A stretch of DNA of 64,000 bases from the human T2T-CHM13v2.0 reference genome, Homo sapiens, in assembly GCF_009914755.1 (NCBI RefSeq), contig NC_060936.1; one strand, 5' to 3'. The notes beneath the pieces are model-generated. The model ran no database searches. It saw nothing but the letters and a program-made list of their open reading frames with translations, and was not told where the DNA came from. Below, piece after piece: positions 18,809-39,597 of the stretch; position 1 is the first letter of the stretch; the number at the start of each line of letters is the position of its first letter. The position numbers were made by a program, and so were the translations under genes.

Positions 18809-19250
18809 CACCGCCTAAGGCCACTGGGCTTGCTGACCTGCCCCAGAGCAAGAGAAGGAGCACCAAGGAGCAGGACTCAGGGGTATAGCTCGATGGGGGA
18901 GGGGCACAGATGATTCCCTTGGGTCTCTGTTTCCTGAGGCATGCAGAAGATGGATTCTACAATTTGCTGCAGACCCTCAGTAGGGAACCTTGGAGGACAG
19001 ATGTCCTCAATACCAATGCCAACAGAGCACCTGGGATGGAGCCTTATCAGGAGCACCTAAAGTCATTCCCAGTACTACCAGTGGCAAACCACTACCCTTC
19101 AAGCAACCAGCCAGACAGTGAGAATGATTAAAAGAAACGTGGGGAGGTGCCACCATCTGCATCCCTCAGCCTTGTTCCTGACTCAGTCTCAGGGAGGTAA
19201 GCAATGGAGGAAGGAGGGAGATGGAAAGAGCAGGTGATGACAGCCACCCT

Positions 19251-19684
19251 GTTGACCTAAAGAAAGAAATAAAGGCACAATTAACATAGAGAGTTTATTT
19301 GCGCCAAGGTTGAGGATGGCTACCTGGGACACACATTTAAGCTGCCTTGAGGAGTGCTTCTATTTAGTCTTTGTTACAAGCAGGTTTTTAAAGGCAAAAG
19401 GGGAGAAGGAGTGGGCAGATACAAAGTTGTTAGACAGGAATTCTCACTGATTTATGGAATTAACATTGGTTAGTGATTGGCTTTACGTTGTTGAACTACA
19501 GTGTATGAGTTATGATGTCCAGTGCAATGCATTTTATGGCTACTTGGCATCAGTTACTCTAGAGCCCACAGAGCAGGTGGCTTTAAGATGAAATGATTTA
19601 GCTCAAAGGGAAGTGAAACATGACTGCTGTCACACACTGTCACAATTCAATGCTTCACTGGGCCTGATAATTAAAGAGGGTTCA
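19251..19684. mobile_element. ERV1-class (MER4-group-like) solo LTR
   Basis: TGTTGACCTAAAG...GAGAGTTTATTTG.GCCAAGGTTGAGGA start with TG...CA ends; family from recall. Confidence 0.6.
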
Positions 19685-19761
19685 CTCCCTTCCTCTAGGC
19701 CCCGAAACCTGAACTGGAGAGAGGAGTGAGAGAGCTTTGAATTAAGCATCAGACAGATGTT

Positions 19762-20999
<1,238 letters not shown>

Positions 21000-21224
21000 A
21001 TGTTTTAAAATGAAGAGGACTAGGGCTCACAAACTGAAACAAGACTATTCTGAATAGCCCAAAGTGACCAAAGTAAAAGAAATCAGACTGAACTACCATT
21101 AAGGGAGCTGGTTCCCAAGAGAAAGTGGTGACTTGGCAGAGAAAAGTTGGTGGAAGTTATTGGACAAATCAATCATTCAGATTTACACCACAATGAGTTG
21201 AGTCAGTTTTAAAAACAAGTTGCA

Positions 21225-21745
21225 TAATGTGGAGATGTGTGCCAGTGTCCCCCAGTATGCTTTCTACCGATTCTTTTATAGATTTGCAAATAGATTTGCA
21301 ATTCTCAGCTGAGCAAATGTCCACTGAGAATCAAGAATACACTTTCTATCCTGCATTGCAGCTAGGTCTGAACATTTGACTAATTCTAGACAATGGAATA
21401 TACATGGAGACACCCTGTAGTTTGGAGACCTCCTTTAAAAGCCATGATCTAATACCCTTTGCTTTCCCCATCCACTTTCTTCTTCAAGCATTCTTACACA
21501 CTACTTCTTAAGATGTGAAGTTAGTGACTGGAGCTATAGCTAGCGTTTGGGATCATGAGGATAATGGTCACAGCCTCAAGATGACAGAAGCGCAACTAAG
21601 AATTCAGAATTCTTGGAAAATTTTCAAAGTAGAAAAATCACACCAGCCCTGGTCAGCCTACCTCCTTCTACTTGAAAAAGGAAAAAAAAATCTCTATTTT
21701 TAAAGCCACTGTCATTTTAGGCCTCTGTAACACAGCTGAACCTAA
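21225..21745 (+). mobile_element. MLT1 (J/K-like) LTR
   Basis: TTTAAAGCCACTGTCATTTTAGGCCTCTGTAACACAGCTGAACCTAAT 3' end. Confidence 0.6.
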
Positions 21746-22071
21746 TTTTATATGAAATATATACAAATTATATTATCACAAATAATCTATAAGTTCAAAC
21801 ATAAAGAAAAAAAGAACTATATAGTACCTCTTCACCTCAATTTAGTCAAAATAACATAGACACTAAAACCAACATTTATGGAGACCTTATGCAAGGAATT
21901 TTACCAATGGCTTCATATGCATTATTTCTTTCATTTTCTTAGTAACAGCTCTATAAATGTGTAACATTGTATACATCTTAGAGATGGAAAAGTGAAGACT
22001 TAAAGAAGTTAAATAATTTGCCCGAGGTCACACGGCAAGTATGTGTAGAATCATAATAAAAATCTACTCTT

Positions 22072-22380
22072 GGCCGGGCCTGGCAGCTCACACCTGTAAT
22101 CTCAGCACTTCGGGAGGCCAAGGTGGGTGGATTGCTTGAGCTCAGGAGTTTGAGACCAGCCTGGGCATAACAGTGAACCCACCTCTACAAAAAATTAGCT
22201 GGGCATGGTGGTGTGCACCTGTAGTCCCAGCTACTCAGGGGGCTGAGGTGGAAGGATCACTTGAGCCTGGGAATTTGAGGCTGCAGTGAGCCATGACCAT
22301 GCCACTGCACTCCAGCCTGGGCAACAGAGCAAGACCCTGTTTCCAAAAAACAAACAAACAAACAAACAAACAAACAAAAA
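22072..22380 (+). mobile_element. AluJ with (AAAC)n tail
   Basis: Alu dimer. Confidence 0.9.
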
Positions 22381-23589
22381 TACCATTCTATCTTACTCCT
22401 CTAAAGTCATGCCATTAGCCACTGTACGTTACACCTGCATAGAGGTTCTTCTGGCAAAGATTTATTCATATGGAGATCTTAGACAAATTGAACCACAATA
22501 AAATTTCGTAGAATTTTAATAATCTATAAATGAGGGATTTGTTTGATGTTAGATATAGGTGATGTTTGGTAATTAATAAGACAACAGAATGTTGTAGGAT
22601 TTGCTATCTTGGCTGCTATAACTCATACTACACGTCTACAAGACTGTTGTTTAAATAAAATGTAAGTAATTAATTCTTAATTTGTTTATAAACTGAGTAA
22701 TGCTGTACTATAATATGAACCCAATAATATGTTGGAAGACATCCACTGAAAAATATATAACACTAAGAAAATGCTGTGATAACCAACCTACAATTCTGGC
22801 CAAATAGAGCAGATAAGTTACTTGTGATAAATCTAATAAAGCAGGTTATTTGAGCTTATTTGTGTTGCTATTGTAGAAAGCAGAACTTCTCTGAGAATGT
22901 ATTGAAGAATGAGTTTAAATTTAACGAAGAAGGTGAAACAAACAGAAAATTTGAACATTAAAATAAGACAGTTGCCTCTGGTGACCAGTTACTTTGCATA
23001 TACCAGTTAAACGTTTTTGAGAGTGTAGAGATTCTAATTCACTGGCGTTACTTCAAAAAACTACATTTAGGAATACTCCTCAGAGAACCAATAATTACTT
23101 ACGTTGGGCCCACCCCATAGTAAAAGACTTGACACAGTGTAGATGTTTAATATATATTCGATAATGAAAGAACAGATGAGTGGAGATGAATTGATGGTGG
23201 TTAGGTAGATAAATGAGTAGATGGTTGAATAAATAAACATAAATTGTGCTTTATCAGTTTCAAGTAATTTTTACAGGGATTATCTCACTTGATCCTCAAA
23301 AGCATGCTGATAGTAGGTAAAAGAAGTGAGATTATTCTTACTTAAAAAATAAAACATTGGTTCCAAAATTTTGAGAGATTTACCTAGATTGACTTACTAT
23401 GTGAATCCTTGTCTCCCATAAACGTAAGATAATTTAGCTTGTTTACTGTTTGAGGAAAGGAAGGAGGAGAAGAGGGTCAGGAGAGGGAGGGGGGAGGAGG
23501 AGAAGAGGAGGAGGAAGAGGAGGAGGAGAAAAATACCTGTGTTATGATGTATTTCTTGAACAGGCCATGATACTTCACTCTCACATGCC

Positions 23590-24390
<801 letters not shown>

Positions 24391-24465
24391 TCGGTAAAAA
24401 TGTATGTTTACTGTTTCCATTGTTTCACATGTTTTTCTTCTTCTTGTCTACTTAGAAAATGCCTA

Positions 24466-25122
<657 letters not shown>

Positions 25123-25261
25123 TTAAAACCCAGATCAGTAATACATCTAGACCACCTTCTCTTATACTGTCTCATTCTCCAATAAATTTAACATCCTTTC
25201 TCTGTGTAGCTCCTGTGTATCTTAAATCTCTCTCTAGGATTGCATTAAAAATGTTGCACTC

Positions 25262-25607
<346 letters not shown>

Positions 25608-25655
25608 TCAAATTGAATTTGGTGAACAAAAATGTGCAGGTGGTGCTGTACTTAA

Positions 25656-26113
<458 letters not shown>

Positions 26114-26927
26114 GCTAGGGAACTACTCTTTCCTCACTACTTTTATGACTTTGTTAGCGGCATCTCTTTTCTCTCCATCCCCTTTAGGTCTCTCACTTAT
26201 AGCATTTTTTAATTAGTTCCCTTGGGGCTAATAACTGCAAGATATTTGAATGGCAACATTTTCTCCAAGAGCCCAAATGTTAATTCCAATGTCATCTTTG
26301 TTATTTCCCCCAACTTACTAAATAGGGTTCCTGGCGGCCAGCTTGGAGTGCCAAAATCCCCTGGCTGAAGAAACCTATTAGGCCTCCATTGCTTCCAATC
26401 TGTAGATTCCACTTAGATTTATTTGTAGAATTAATTACAGAAACTGTTTTATTCTTTTATATATATGACTTTTGTAGTAGTGTCTACCTGGGATATCTCA
26501 GTTTGCTGAGGTCACAAAGCCACTTGTTAAGATGTGATAGGACTATACTCAGATAGTACAGTGACATCACTAAACCTAAGGCTTACGGGAACCTAAGCCT
26601 CCATCATTTTCCTCCCACTTTTTGCCACACTCTAGCAGAGGTTTATTCAAGTTAGTATCTCTACTTCACTGGGAAGGATTGGGATTCAGCATTTTCATAT
26701 TTTTCTCTTTGATTAACCATTCCCCCACTCAAGACTGGCATTTCCTGTTTCGGTTGGGCCTGTTTAGACACATGTTGCTCAGCACAGCTGGTTGGGCATT
26801 TGCAGTCCAAGTGATTATCCTTGCACTTTTATATGGTGGCAGCATGCTGCAACAGGAAGCACGATGAAACTGCAGGCAGAAGGCCTGGGTTCTGGTCCTA
26901 GTTTTCTCATTAAATACCAATATGACC

Positions 26928-27279
<352 letters not shown>

Positions 27280-27435
27280 CTATGTCTCCATTTATCTGTA
27301 AAATGGGGAAATCCAAAACATACCATCTCTAGGGACACTTTCAGAAATAACATTGGATGCTTCTACACTTTACTTGAAAGGCACTTTATTCATTCAATGC
27401 CTTTTCAAAGTACTTCTATAAAAAAGAAATTTCAG

Positions 27436-27765
<330 letters not shown>

Positions 27766-27970
27766 TTAAGAAATCTCAGAGCCACCTTATAATCAGAACA
27801 CAGAATGATATGGTTGGAAGTCATGCTTTATAGAATTCTGATTTTTTATATATTTATATAAAAACATCTTGTATGATTATCCAGAATAGCATTGCCAACT
27901 CATCAAGCTTTCAGGGACGAGAGAGAGGGTGAGTAGATTGCTTCTGCTAGAGTTGAAATTAATAGCTCTG

Positions 27971-28294
<324 letters not shown>

Positions 28295-28359
28295 CTACCA
28301 AAGACAGCAAAAGGAACTCTATTTTCCCCTCAAGCCCAGCATAGAATTTGTTATCTACC

Positions 28360-28930
28360 TACAATGGTTGGTTTTTATGTGTCAACTTAGCTAGGCCACT
28401 GTACCCAGATATTTGCTCAAACACATCTGGAGATTCTGTGAAAGTATTTTTAGATGAGATTAACATTTAAATAAGTAAACTCTGAGTAAAAGCAGATTAC
28501 TCCCCATAATGTGGGAGGGCCTCATCTAATAAGTTGGAATCCTTAAAAAAAAAAAAAAAAAAAAAGACTGAGATCCCCTAAGGAAGACGGAATTTTCTGC
28601 CAGCAAACTACCTTTAGGCTCAAGCTGCAAAAATCAATTCTTCCCTGGGTCTCCAGCCTGCTGGTCTACCCTATGGATTTTGTACTTGCCTATCATGGGA
28701 GTATATATATACACACACACATATATATGCATATATATATTTATATATAGGCATCTATATATTTATATATGCATATATATTTATATATAGGCATCTATAT
28801 ATCTACATATATGCCTATATATATTTATATATAGGTGCATATATATATATATATAGGCATATATATATATATATTTAGAGAGAGAGAGAGAGAGAGATCC
28901 TTTCGTTCTGTTTCTCTGGAGAACTCTTCC
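28360..28930 (+). mobile_element. MLT2 (ERVL) LTR with internal (TA)n/(GA)n microsatellite
   Basis: TTTTATGTGTCAACTTAGCTAGGCC...GTACCCAGATATTTG start, GTTCTGTTTCTCTGGAGAAC end. Confidence 0.85.
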
Positions 28931-29533
28931 TGGACATAGAGGAAAATCTCATCCTGCCCTTATCCCCTCCCTTTATCCCATGAAGTTCTATTCCCCTGCC
29001 AGAAGATCCACTCACCTCAATAACAAATGCAACTGAAAGGGATCAATAAAGTGCCATGCACATGTTTGTTAACATAATAACAGTTATCATCATCATCATT
29101 ATTGTCATTTTAGTCAGACCATTTGAGAAACTAGACGTGGGGCCAACTGCGTATGCCCAGTATTATACAATGTGAAAGCCTGGGGTCTCTAAGGGAAGGC
29201 AGACCACACAGGGCAGGGGGCTATTGTGCTTTGCTTCCACAACCCACAACCCAGCCACACATCAGATTATTGAAACCACTCCTGCGAAAGAACAAAATTG
29301 GTTGATTATGCATTCATCCCACATAACTCTTGGCTCTAGCAATTCTCTACACCTCCGGAGATCTCTCATCTTCCTCTTCATCTACATTATCCAGAAAAGA
29401 AAAAAAGCCAGCTGTCAGAGGGAGTAATCTTTTTAGCACTTTTCCAATCAAAACCAGCCTTTGCTGACTTCCCCTGACTTCCTAGAATAAATCCTGCCTG
29501 GTCCCCAAAAAGCCTGATGGCTTTTTAGTGCAC

Positions 29534-29553
29534 TGGCTCCACCTAGTGACTGC
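29534..29553 (-). promoter_or_regulatory. CTCF-like motif
   Basis: Minus strand GCAGTCACTAGGTGGAGCCA resembles the core CCACTAGGTGGCGC. Confidence 0.45.
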
Positions 29554-30169
29554 TAGAGAGAATGCACCCAAACTTTCTCGGTTTGGATCGAGGTTACAGA
29601 ATTGACAGCTAAAAAGTCAGACAAGTTATTCACGATAGCCAGACGTTGATTTGAATTCCAAAGACTTCTGAGAAACACTGTATATAGCTCATTTTAGGAG
29701 TACCTAGCATAAGGTTAAGAGTATGTATTTTAAGTTCAGGTGTCTCTGAGTGCAAAATCTTGTTCAGCCTCCTACCACATTTTGCCTATATGACTTTGGA
29801 CAAGTCATTTACCTTATTTAAGCTTTAAGGCACTTATTTGTAAAAACTGAGTTAATTGTGAATACTTACTAGAAATTTTGTAATAATTAATATAGATAGA
29901 TAGTAGATGGATAGAGTGCTTAATAGACTACTTCATCCATAATAAACAATCAATAAACCATAGTTATTTCTATTAGCTACTTGGAAGACTTCCATAGAAT
30001 ATCCATTTCTCTGTGGGTCGATGCTTCTTACCCTTTTAACTGAGCTAAATAGGAGATTATGATCAATTTTTAAAGGCTACTTTAACACAATTTGAGTCTG
30101 ATAGATACAGATTTCCCTGCAGGAATTATGTATTCTTTGCCATGCTACTGCCTAGAGAGTAAATATTCT

Positions 30170-30465
30170 ATTTTATTTATTTATTTAAGACATAGTCTCA
30201 CTCTGTTGCACAGGCTGGAGCGCAGTGATGCAACCATAGCTGACTGCAGCCTGGAACTCTTGGGCTCAAAGAATCCTCCTGCTTCAGCCTCCCGAGTAGC
30301 TGGGACTACAGGCGTGTTCCACCACATCAGGTTAATTTTTTTACTTTTTGTAGAAATGGAGTCTTAGTATGTTACCCAGGCTGGTCTCAAACTCCTGGAC
30401 TCAAGCAATCCTCCCATGTAGGCCTCTCAAAGAACTAAGATTATAGGAGTGAACCACCATCAAGC
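30170..30465 (-). mobile_element. AluJ
   Basis: Reverse diverged Alu; TSD TAAATATTCTA. Confidence 0.9.
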
Positions 30466-32520
30466 TATAAATATTCTAGTGATTCAAGAAAGGCACTCAA
30501 TTTTTTAATTAAATGTGTGTCACATATGCTCCTTTGTTTGGTACTTAGATGGAAGTTCAAAGTTCATTCTTAAATCTGAGACCTTGGGAATATAATCTTT
30601 TAAATTATCTCCTATATCTGTTCTCAAAATAAATCAACAAAATAATTTTGGGTCTTTCTTGAATGCAAAACCGAAAGCACTTTTTAAAGAGTGAGGAGGA
30701 TCTGTTAGATGTTAAAGCACACCTGTTTAAGGTTGGCCATAATGTACCTTTGCTCAATCTCATAACCAAGTCTGACTTCCAGAATCCCTTAGTTTGTAAC
30801 ACCGCTGTCAACAGATGAACCCAGCCCTGCTCCTAGCCCTGTTCTTCCTTTTTGTTGGTTCCTAAGAAGCATATATTTTGTTTATAGTCCCATATTTCCC
30901 TATCCTTCATTCTGGATATAATTTTTCCACAAGGAAAAAGTATTTGTAGTATAAAGGACTGAATTAAGATCCATGGAATTTGCAAGCTTCTCTCAACTGA
31001 ATTGATTCAAGTCATGAAACCATATACAAGTCACAGCCTAAGTCTCAGTTTTGTATTTGAAAAATGGTGATACCTCCCCATCTTACCCTACAAAGTTATG
31101 GTGAATATAATAAATTAGTGTAAGTAAAAGACCTATGTGCATTACAAGATACTATACGAATATGAAACTAGCGCTTCCAGCTCAGGGTGAACACTACTAG
31201 TTTAAAATCCATTCCCAATCTTTTAAGTATGGAAACCCTCATGTGCCAGTTACTGTATTTTTACTGTATTTTACTGTAGTGATTGAGAAAATATAAGTTT
31301 TCATTTGGATTTCCATTCCCTCACAATAATTCCAAGGTCTCTCAAAGTGTCCTGGTCAGATACTTAGAATCACTGCCTAAATCAATAAGGAGATTAACCA
31401 AAGTTGGCCTCAACACACTGGGCTGCAGAATTTTTTCTTGTTTTCTGATTCCTCTAAACCAACTACTTTCCTTTCCTAAAGGTTTTCTATCACTTGCTAG
31501 GACTCCTGGTCCCCCTTCTTCTTTGCTGCTTTCTGGGATACTAGCCCATCTGTCACTTCTTCTGAAACTACTGATTATAAATTCCTAACAGTTATTCATA
31601 GTTAAACCTATATAAGTATACACCTCAAAAGAAGAAAACAAAATTGATGTCACACATTGAGATGGAAAGATCTGATTCCAAAGTACTGGTAAAAAGTACA
31701 AAAATACTCCCCTCCCCAGTCCTTGAGTTATTAATCATCTTGAGGTTGCAGTACTTAGACATCTGTTGGATAAAAGAACAGATTAGAGGGAGGCAAGGAA
31801 ATCTGCCAAGACCTGAGGCAGATGCTTCCTCTTAGACTTGGACCTCGTAGCAATGCGACATGTTCTGACTCTTTTCTCAGATCTAAGTTTTAACATCGCA
31901 TTTCTCCAATGTATTGGAACAGCTCCAGTAGAGGTAGAACTTGAACATAAGGAGTCCCAGGAATTATTGGGGCTACTTCATTCATTTATTCAAAAGAATT
32001 AATTGAGAGCCTACTCATTTAGCCTTGAATTATTCTAGGGCTGGAGATTTAGAAATAAAAGACATGCATTCAGGTGGGCAGGAACATCATTCATGACAGT
32101 GACTGAGTAAAAAGTGTTGAAAAAGAAATCAGCCCATGGTTTAAGCTCAAAGAACCAGCTGACTACAAGTCTTGTGCCTATGACTGGGCCTATGAATAAC
32201 AGGTGGACACAGCAGCAGTCTCCTTCAGCACTGCTTGGTGTGTCCCTTGATACGGCTCTTCATTCCACTGACATGGAAGCAACAGGATTGATCATTATTT
32301 TCTAGAGCATATTTACCAATTAAAGCCATTGGAAACTGGAAAAAAGGATTATATATGCATATCAACCTTCAAATAGCATACATGTGAGTTTGGTGTGATC
32401 TACCAACCTCTCCTTAGTAGAACAGATGGAAGGCTAGGCTAGTCTAGCTAGTTCTGTTCCAGATCTTCTTTTCTTCATTATTCCAATTCATTTTTGGCCT
32501 TTTAAGAATTACACAGACTT

Positions 32521-35353
<2,833 letters not shown>

Positions 35354-35489
35354 AAAACAAAACAAGAATTACACAGACTTTTACAATTAAGAATAAAATC
35401 TATAGATATTTTTGAAAGAAAAGAAAGAGAGAAAGAGGAAGGAAGGAAGGAAGGAGAGAAGAGAGAGAAGAGAGAGAAGAGAGAAGAAA

Positions 35490-35850
35490 GACCAGCCTGT
35501 CTAACATGGTGAAACCCCGTCTCTACTAAAAATACAAAAATTAGCTGGGCTTGGTGGCGCATGCCTGTAGTCCCAGCTACTCAGGAGACTGAGGCAGGAG
35601 AATCTCTTGAACCCGGGAGGCAGAGGTTGCAGTGAGCTGAGATCATGACCATTGCACTCCAGCTTGGGCGGCAGACCAAGACTCCCTCTCAAAAAAAAAA
35701 AAAAAAGAAAGAAAGAGAGGGGAGCAGAGGGGAGGGGAGGAGAGAGGAAGGAGAAGGGGGAGGGGAAGGGGAAGGAGAAGGGGAAAGGGAAGGGGGAGGG
35801 GAAGGGGAAGGAAGGGAAGGGAAAAGGAAGGGAAGGAAGGAAAGAAAGAC
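35490..35850 (+). mobile_element. 5'-truncated AluS between purine-rich (GA/GGAA) tracts
   Basis: GACCAGCCTG... start; G/A-only tracts at 35414-35491 and 35691-35849. Confidence 0.9.
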
Positions 35851-36112
35851 AGCTTCTGCCCTCAACATATTCACCATCTACTCGGGGATTCAGTTTATGG
35901 CACGGTGGCTGAGATTCGATGGTGAAAAAAATTCCAAGTTAGGGGGTGAGAGGGAATCCAGTGACTGCCCAGGGAAGGGGGTGTCGGAAGTAAGATTTGA
36001 AATATAAACACAAGCTCATTATGGAAGGAAGGAGTAACTTACTCTAGGTTAACCAGCAAGGTTCAGAAACTTGAAGAGAGCACAAGCATAAAAATGCAAA
36101 CTGAGGAACTGA

Positions 36113-36525
<413 letters not shown>

Positions 36526-37481
36526 TAAGTGGGAGAGCCGCACGATGGGATTTGCCAAAAAAAATGTCAAGTTCAATCATTCTGGGATCTATATTTCCCC
36601 CAAACCTCTTAACTCCCATTATGTTACCAAAGTCTCTTGCTTCCTATCCTGGCCTCCTGCCAATCCTTAGTCTCCTGCCCATCCAATCCATCCCCAACCC
36701 TTTGCAGAGTAGTCTTTCCCCTGCTCTCAGCTCTAGAATGGAATCCATGCCTAACGTTTCACACTCATGTTGTTGCCAGTCACCCTCCTCATATCTTAAT
36801 CTCCAGCCAACCTCACAAAATGCCATGCTGTTTTATGTCCCTACTATTATCAGCATTAATGTCTGGGACACCCTTCCTCCACTGTCCTGCTGATGGAGTC
36901 TCACTTATCTTTCAAAACCCAGTTCCAGTGTCTACCTTTGTGTGAAATCTGCCCCCATATGCCTAGGCACCCCTCCTTTGTGCCAACCCCATCCCTTACA
37001 CAGTTTCCTATTCCTGCATTTATACTCAACATGACTAGTCTCTGCTTGCTGGTTCACTACCTCCTTTTGTATTACCAGCGCCTTGTGGGAGAGATGTCAC
37101 CATCTTATCTTTGTATCCCCAGTGCTTAGGGCTGAGTTTAATGCTCAATACAGAATCAGTAAAAGAATAAATGAATGAATAATGTTCCTTCTTACAGATA
37201 AAGAAAGATGGTCCCAGCCTGTTATGGCAGAATAATTTTCTGAATTCTAAGCATGTAGCTATATACTTGAAAATGTCTGAAGTTATATTTGTTACTGTGG
37301 TAGAATACTGCAATCGATTTCTTTATATTACGCCTCCCAATTTCTCTTTTATGGAGACTATACACTCTCGGAAACACATGGATGGACATATGCTATGTTG
37401 CAATATTCTTCTCATACACTGAGAAACTCACCCAATGTATAGATATGTGTATACCCCAAGCAAACTTATATAAGACCTTAC

Positions 37482-37540
37482 CTTCTTTTCCTGTAATCCC
37501 ATCTGAATATTTTTGCAGCAGTAAAAGTACCTAACGTGCT
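37482..37540 (-). other. Candidate 59-nt internal exon
   Basis: Minus strand CTTTTTATTTTGGCAATAG| ... AAG|GTAAGG. Confidence 0.35.
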
Positions 37541-37872
37541 CTATTGCCAAAATAAAAAGAAGCCCAAGTATATATTTTCCTTTTCTGAAAAACATGTGTC
37601 CCAAAAGATTCTACTTTTGCTAAACCACAACTAAGTAATGTCAAGGTATTTGTGGAAAGAGTGACTGTTATTGGAGATTGAACTTGAAGCACAAGGCCAA
37701 AGAATCTTGTGACACGGAAATAGTGTCACAGGTCCTAAAAAGGTCATGTTCCCTGGACCTGCCTTCATGGTAACCAGAAGGGACCAATAATGGAGAATGA
37801 GAGAGGCTTCTCCAATATTTGACCTGCATATGATCCTGATACCAGGGAACCATACTGAGGCAAGGGTGAGTC

Positions 37873-38183
37873 TTTTTCTTTTCTTTTTTTTTTTTTTTTT
37901 GAGTTGAAGTCTCGCTCCATTGCCCACGCCAGAGTGCAGTGGCACAATCTTGGCTCACTGCAACCTCTGTCTCCTGGGTTCAGGCAGTTCTCCTGCCTCA
38001 GCCTCCTAAGCAGCTGGGACCACAGGCACGCGCCACTGCACCTGGTTAACTTTTTGTATTTTTAGTAGAGATGGGGTTTCACCATGTTGGCCAGGCTGGT
38101 CTTGAACTCCTGACCTCAGGTGATCAACCTGCCTCACCCTCCCAAAGTGCTAGGATTACAGGCATGAGCCACCACACCCAGCC
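37873..38183 (-). mobile_element. AluS
   Basis: Reverse Alu; TSD CAAGGGTGAGTCTT. Confidence 0.93.
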
Positions 38184-38344
38184 AAGGGTGAGTCTTAATA
38201 ATGACAGAGTGAATTCTCATCATATTAGTGGAACAGGAGTTCAGAGCTGGAATTAATTTAAAGTATATAAAGAAGCAAAAGGTAAAAACAAATTAAATAT
38301 CTATCAATTGAGCTGGTAATAAAATAGGTTAAAAGAAATAGGAT

Positions 38345-38745
38345 TTATGGTAAATTGGACTTTCAGTCCCAATCCTATCACCTACAGTAAGATTATATAT
38401 CTATGACCTAGCCATAACCTCAAGGTAGGTGAAGTAAACTTTCCCACTTTCTGACTATGGGTTTGGCCATACAAACTGATTTGGCCAATGAGATATTAGC
38501 AGATGTGATGTTAGCCGAGGCTTGAAATGCACTTGTGCATCTGTCATTGCCATGAGAAAAACATAGCCTAGTATTGACTGCCCCTCCATATGAAGCAACA
38601 CCACCTCAGCTGGTTTATCCACCTGCAATCAGAAACAGAGCAACACCAGTCCATCCACAGATGCGTGAGAGAGAAAGAAATGCCTATTCCTGTATGCTGC
38701 TGCTATTTTGTGATGGTTTGTACCCAGCAAAAGCTGACTGATACA
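38345..38745 (+). mobile_element. MLT1 LTR
   Basis: TTGGCCAATGAGATATTAGCAGATGTGATG...CAGCAAAAGCTGACTGATACA. Confidence 0.75.
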
Positions 38746-39489
38746 TGGGCCATCCATACAATAAAATCTTCTCTAGCTATTAAATGAGATAGACCTTGAT
38801 GAATTGATATAGAAGGATATTTAGGATACACCTGCAAGTAAAAACAGCAAGGTGCAGAGCAGTATAAATAATATGCTTTCATTTGTGGGGAAAAAAAGAA
38901 CATACATTTCTATATTTGTCTAAACAATATTAGACTATCTTTAGAAGAATGAATAAAAAGTTGTTAACTGAGATTGTCCCCAGAGAAGAGCACTGGCTGG
39001 CTGAGGGACAGAAGTGAAAGGGACCAATCAGTTGGAAAGCTTTTCAGTATTTAACAACTGGAGAGTCGCACTGGTGTCCACCAGCTGAGTAACCATCCTA
39101 GATGGACACGTTCTGGAAATAGCCTAGATTCCCCCTCTCACAGCTTTTTAGATCCCCCTTTCACAGTTTTCAGTATAGTCCATGCAGAAATTGAAGTGAT
39201 TTCAAGGTTTAAAGAGAGCTAGATTTAGTTGAGTAGATGAGGATCAGAGTAGGGAGAAAAAAGAAAACATGTACTAAAAATGGGTTTGCCATCCATGTAT
39301 TTTTAACAACTTATTCTCTGCTTCTCCCCCTCTGCAATACCATTTCTAAGCTCCCAGTACCATTCCTAAACTTGACATCATTATAGTCCACAGTATGTAG
39401 ATAACTGATTCAGTTACTTAAACATTTTTTAAAAGATGAAGTAAAAGAAATACTGTAATACAAAAGATTTTCTCACAACGTGGAAAGAA

Positions 39490-39490
<1 letters not shown>

Positions 39491-39536
<46 letters not shown>
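39491..39536 (+). repeat. (TA)n microsatellite
   Basis: About 23 perfect TA units. Confidence 0.97.
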
Positions 39537-39539
<3 letters not shown>

Positions 39540-39583
39540 TCAAATTTCACATAATCCAAGAAACATTATGAGGATAAGCGCAT

Positions 39584-39597
39584 GTTGCCATGGAAAC
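39584..39597. promoter_or_regulatory. RFX X-box
   Basis: GTTGCCATGGAAAC, one mismatch from the palindromic GTTGCCATGGCAAC. Confidence 0.5.
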
